Positions 51,763-53,248 of a DNA stretch of 53,248 bases are shown here, one piece after another. The first letter of the stretch is position 1. Every line of letters begins with the position of its first letter. The position numbers and the translations under genes were made by a program. Source of the DNA: Myxococcota bacterium (GTDB lineage Bacteria > Myxococcota_A > Bradymonadia > UBA7976 > UBA1532). Under the pieces are notes generated by a model that had not been told where the DNA came from, did not search any database, and saw only the letters and a program-made list of their open reading frames with translations. The DNA lies in NCBI GenBank assembly GCA_036337435.1, contig JAYZEG010000025.1, positions 1 to 53,248 of the forward strand, in the 5' to 3' direction.

Positions 51763-53169
51763 ATGAGTGACAAGTACGATACCCCTGCGGTGGCTCAGGC
51801 GGGGGGGCAATCCATTTCTCGGCCGAATCGGGCTCGTAAAAATTACGACGGCTTAAATCCACTCAATCAGTCCGAGATGCCCCCGTTATTTGGCCTTAAT
51901 TGGGCGGGTAAAGCTCAGGCTATACTCGATGGCTACAGCCAACCCAAACAAACCCTCAGCGAAGATCGAGCGCGCTCCATCGGCTGGTCATGGACTAAAA
52001 ACATGTTCATCGAGGGCGATAATCTTGAGGCACTCAAGCTGTTACTTCCGACCCATGCTGCGGGGGTAAAACTCATTTACATCGACCCGCCCTACAATAC
52101 GGGTAATGAGTATACTTATGATGACCGCTATCGCAGCAGTGAGCGATTTGATTCATCGGAAATCGCGGTGGACGGTCCAGTCAGTCGTCGCTTGATGAAA
52201 AATCGAGAGAGGCTCGCCCAGTTGCACTCTGATTGGCTGAACATGATGTACCCACGTTTGGTTCTTGCTCATGCGTTGTTGAAGCCGGACGGCATCATTT
52301 TTATTTCCATCGATGAGAACGAGGTACACAATTTACGGCACCTTCTGGATGAAATCTTTGGTCCGGAGCAGTATGTCGGCAATTTTATTTGGCGCTCCAG
52401 AATGTCCATTTCCAATGACCGGCCGATTTCGGCAAACCACACACATACGCTGGTCTATGCCAAACAGCTCGACCGATTGAGTATGCGAGGTGATCCCCTC
52501 GATGAGGCGGCCTACCGAAATTGTGATGATGACCCTCGAGGACCATGGAAACTCGTGCCATTGGACGCCAACAAACCAGGGGGCGACACGAGTTATGGCA
52601 TTCTAAATCCCAACAACGGGCAAACCTATTACCCGCCCAATGGACGTAGCTGGGCCGTCAACTCCGCACGTTTCGATGCCCTTCTGTCTGATGGCCGAAT
52701 CAAATTTGGTGTGCGCGGCCTGAGTGCTCCTAAGCGTAAGCTGTATCTTCGTGAGAGGCAGAATCGAGGCGATACAAAAACGCCAAGCTCACTTTTGCTC
52801 GACGCGGGTACAACTCAGTCAGGCACAACGGAATTGATGGCTCTGTTTGACGGAAAAAAAGTCTTCGATTATCCAAAGCCAACGAGCTTACTCCGACGAC
52901 TCATACGCTACGGTGCAGATCCTGCTGAACCGAATGTCGTTCTCGATTTTTTTGCTGGCTCCGGATCATTGGCTCAGGCTTGTGCCAATCTCGATCGTCT
53001 CGATTTGCGCTACATTTGTATCCAAGAACCGACGCTCATCGATCCCTCAAGGAAAAGTGGGCGCAATGCCCATGAATTAGGCTTAAAAACCATTTCAGAT
53101 CTCTGTCTCGAACGGATCAAGCGGAGTTGCTCGGAGTCCGGCGTGCGTGTCTACAAACTCACGGACTAA
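51763..53169 (+). CDS. Beta-class amino-DNA methyltransferase, type III Mod-like
   Basis: FGLNWAGK, FIEGDNL..LK, YIDPPYNTG, WLNMMYPRL, IFISID, FDYPKP and VLDFFAGSGS. GAGG RBS before ATG 51763. Confidence 0.92.
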   Translation: MSDKYDTPAVAQAGGQSISRPNRARKNYDGLNPLNQSEMPPLFGLNWAGKAQAILDGYSQPKQTLSEDRARSIGWSWTKNMFIEGDNLEALKLLLPTHAAGVKLIYIDPPYNTGNEYTYDDRYRSSERFDSSEIAVDGPVSRRLMKNRERLAQLHSDWLNMMYPRLVLAHALLKPDGIIFISIDENEVHNLRHLLDEIFGPEQYVGNFIWRSRMSISNDRPISANHTHTLVYAKQLDRLSMRGDPLDEAAYRNCDDDPRGPWKLVPLDANKPGGDTSYGILNPNNGQTYYPPNGRSWAVNSARFDALLSDGRIKFGVRGLSAPKRKLYLRERQNRGDTKTPSSLLLDAGTTQSGTTELMALFDGKKVFDYPKPTSLLRRLIRYGADPAEPNVVLDFFAGSGSLAQACANLDRLDLRYICIQEPTLIDPSRKSGRNAHELGLKTISDLCLERIKRSCSESGVRVYKLTD

Positions 53170-53182
53170 ACAAAACGGAAAA

Positions 53183-53200
53183 TCGACTGTCCATAGTCGA
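53183..53200 (+). terminator. Short hairpin after the methyltransferase stop codon
   Basis: TCGACTG-TCCA-TAGTCGA stem with only a weak T tract. It could instead be an operator for the next gene. Confidence 0.25.
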
Positions 53201-53248
53201 CTTAAAAGATGTCGTGTATACTGCTAGACCTATGATGCGAATGACCTA

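Noticed and set aside
51405..53248. Defence island or mobile-element boundary around the methyltransferase
   Set aside because: No integrase, tRNA, att-like repeat or obvious compositional shift is visible. Sequence beyond the window end cannot be assessed.

Overview
This is a gene-dense bacterial chromosomal window (about 38 genes, roughly 50-55% GC by eye) with no rRNA, tRNA, CRISPR array, transposase or integrase that I could recognise. It most likely comes from a Myxococcota/Bradymonadia-like deltaproteobacterium. That inference rests on two Hanks-type Ser/Thr kinases, a VWA protein with a MYXO-CTERM-like tail, Cys/Asp-rich repeats and many acidic Gly-rich lipoproteins. Housekeeping genes are msrA, gloB, a DsbA-like oxidoreductase, a CaiB CoA-transferase, a CysJ-like diflavin reductase, an aldehyde dehydrogenase, tldD/pmbA, ppx, fabZ, dksA, ppk1, putP and add, interleaved with envelope and adhesin genes. 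The strongest candidates for undescribed biology are: (1) a translationally coupled lipoprotein + soluble lytic transglycosylase + AsmA-like/GT51 glycosyltransferase fusion, the last with a non-canonical catalytic motif; (2) a tandem-USP + ArsB/NhaD (P-protein-like) permease + Ppx operon inside a dksA/ppk1 neighbourhood that also has an exported FCP1/NIF-type phosphatase; (3) a divergent pair of oppositely charged secreted proteins whose signal peptides share the octapeptide LASCLLLS through mostly different codons; (4) a type III Mod-like methyltransferase ending before the usual C-terminal domain. All family assignments come from motif recognition by eye; no database searches were run.
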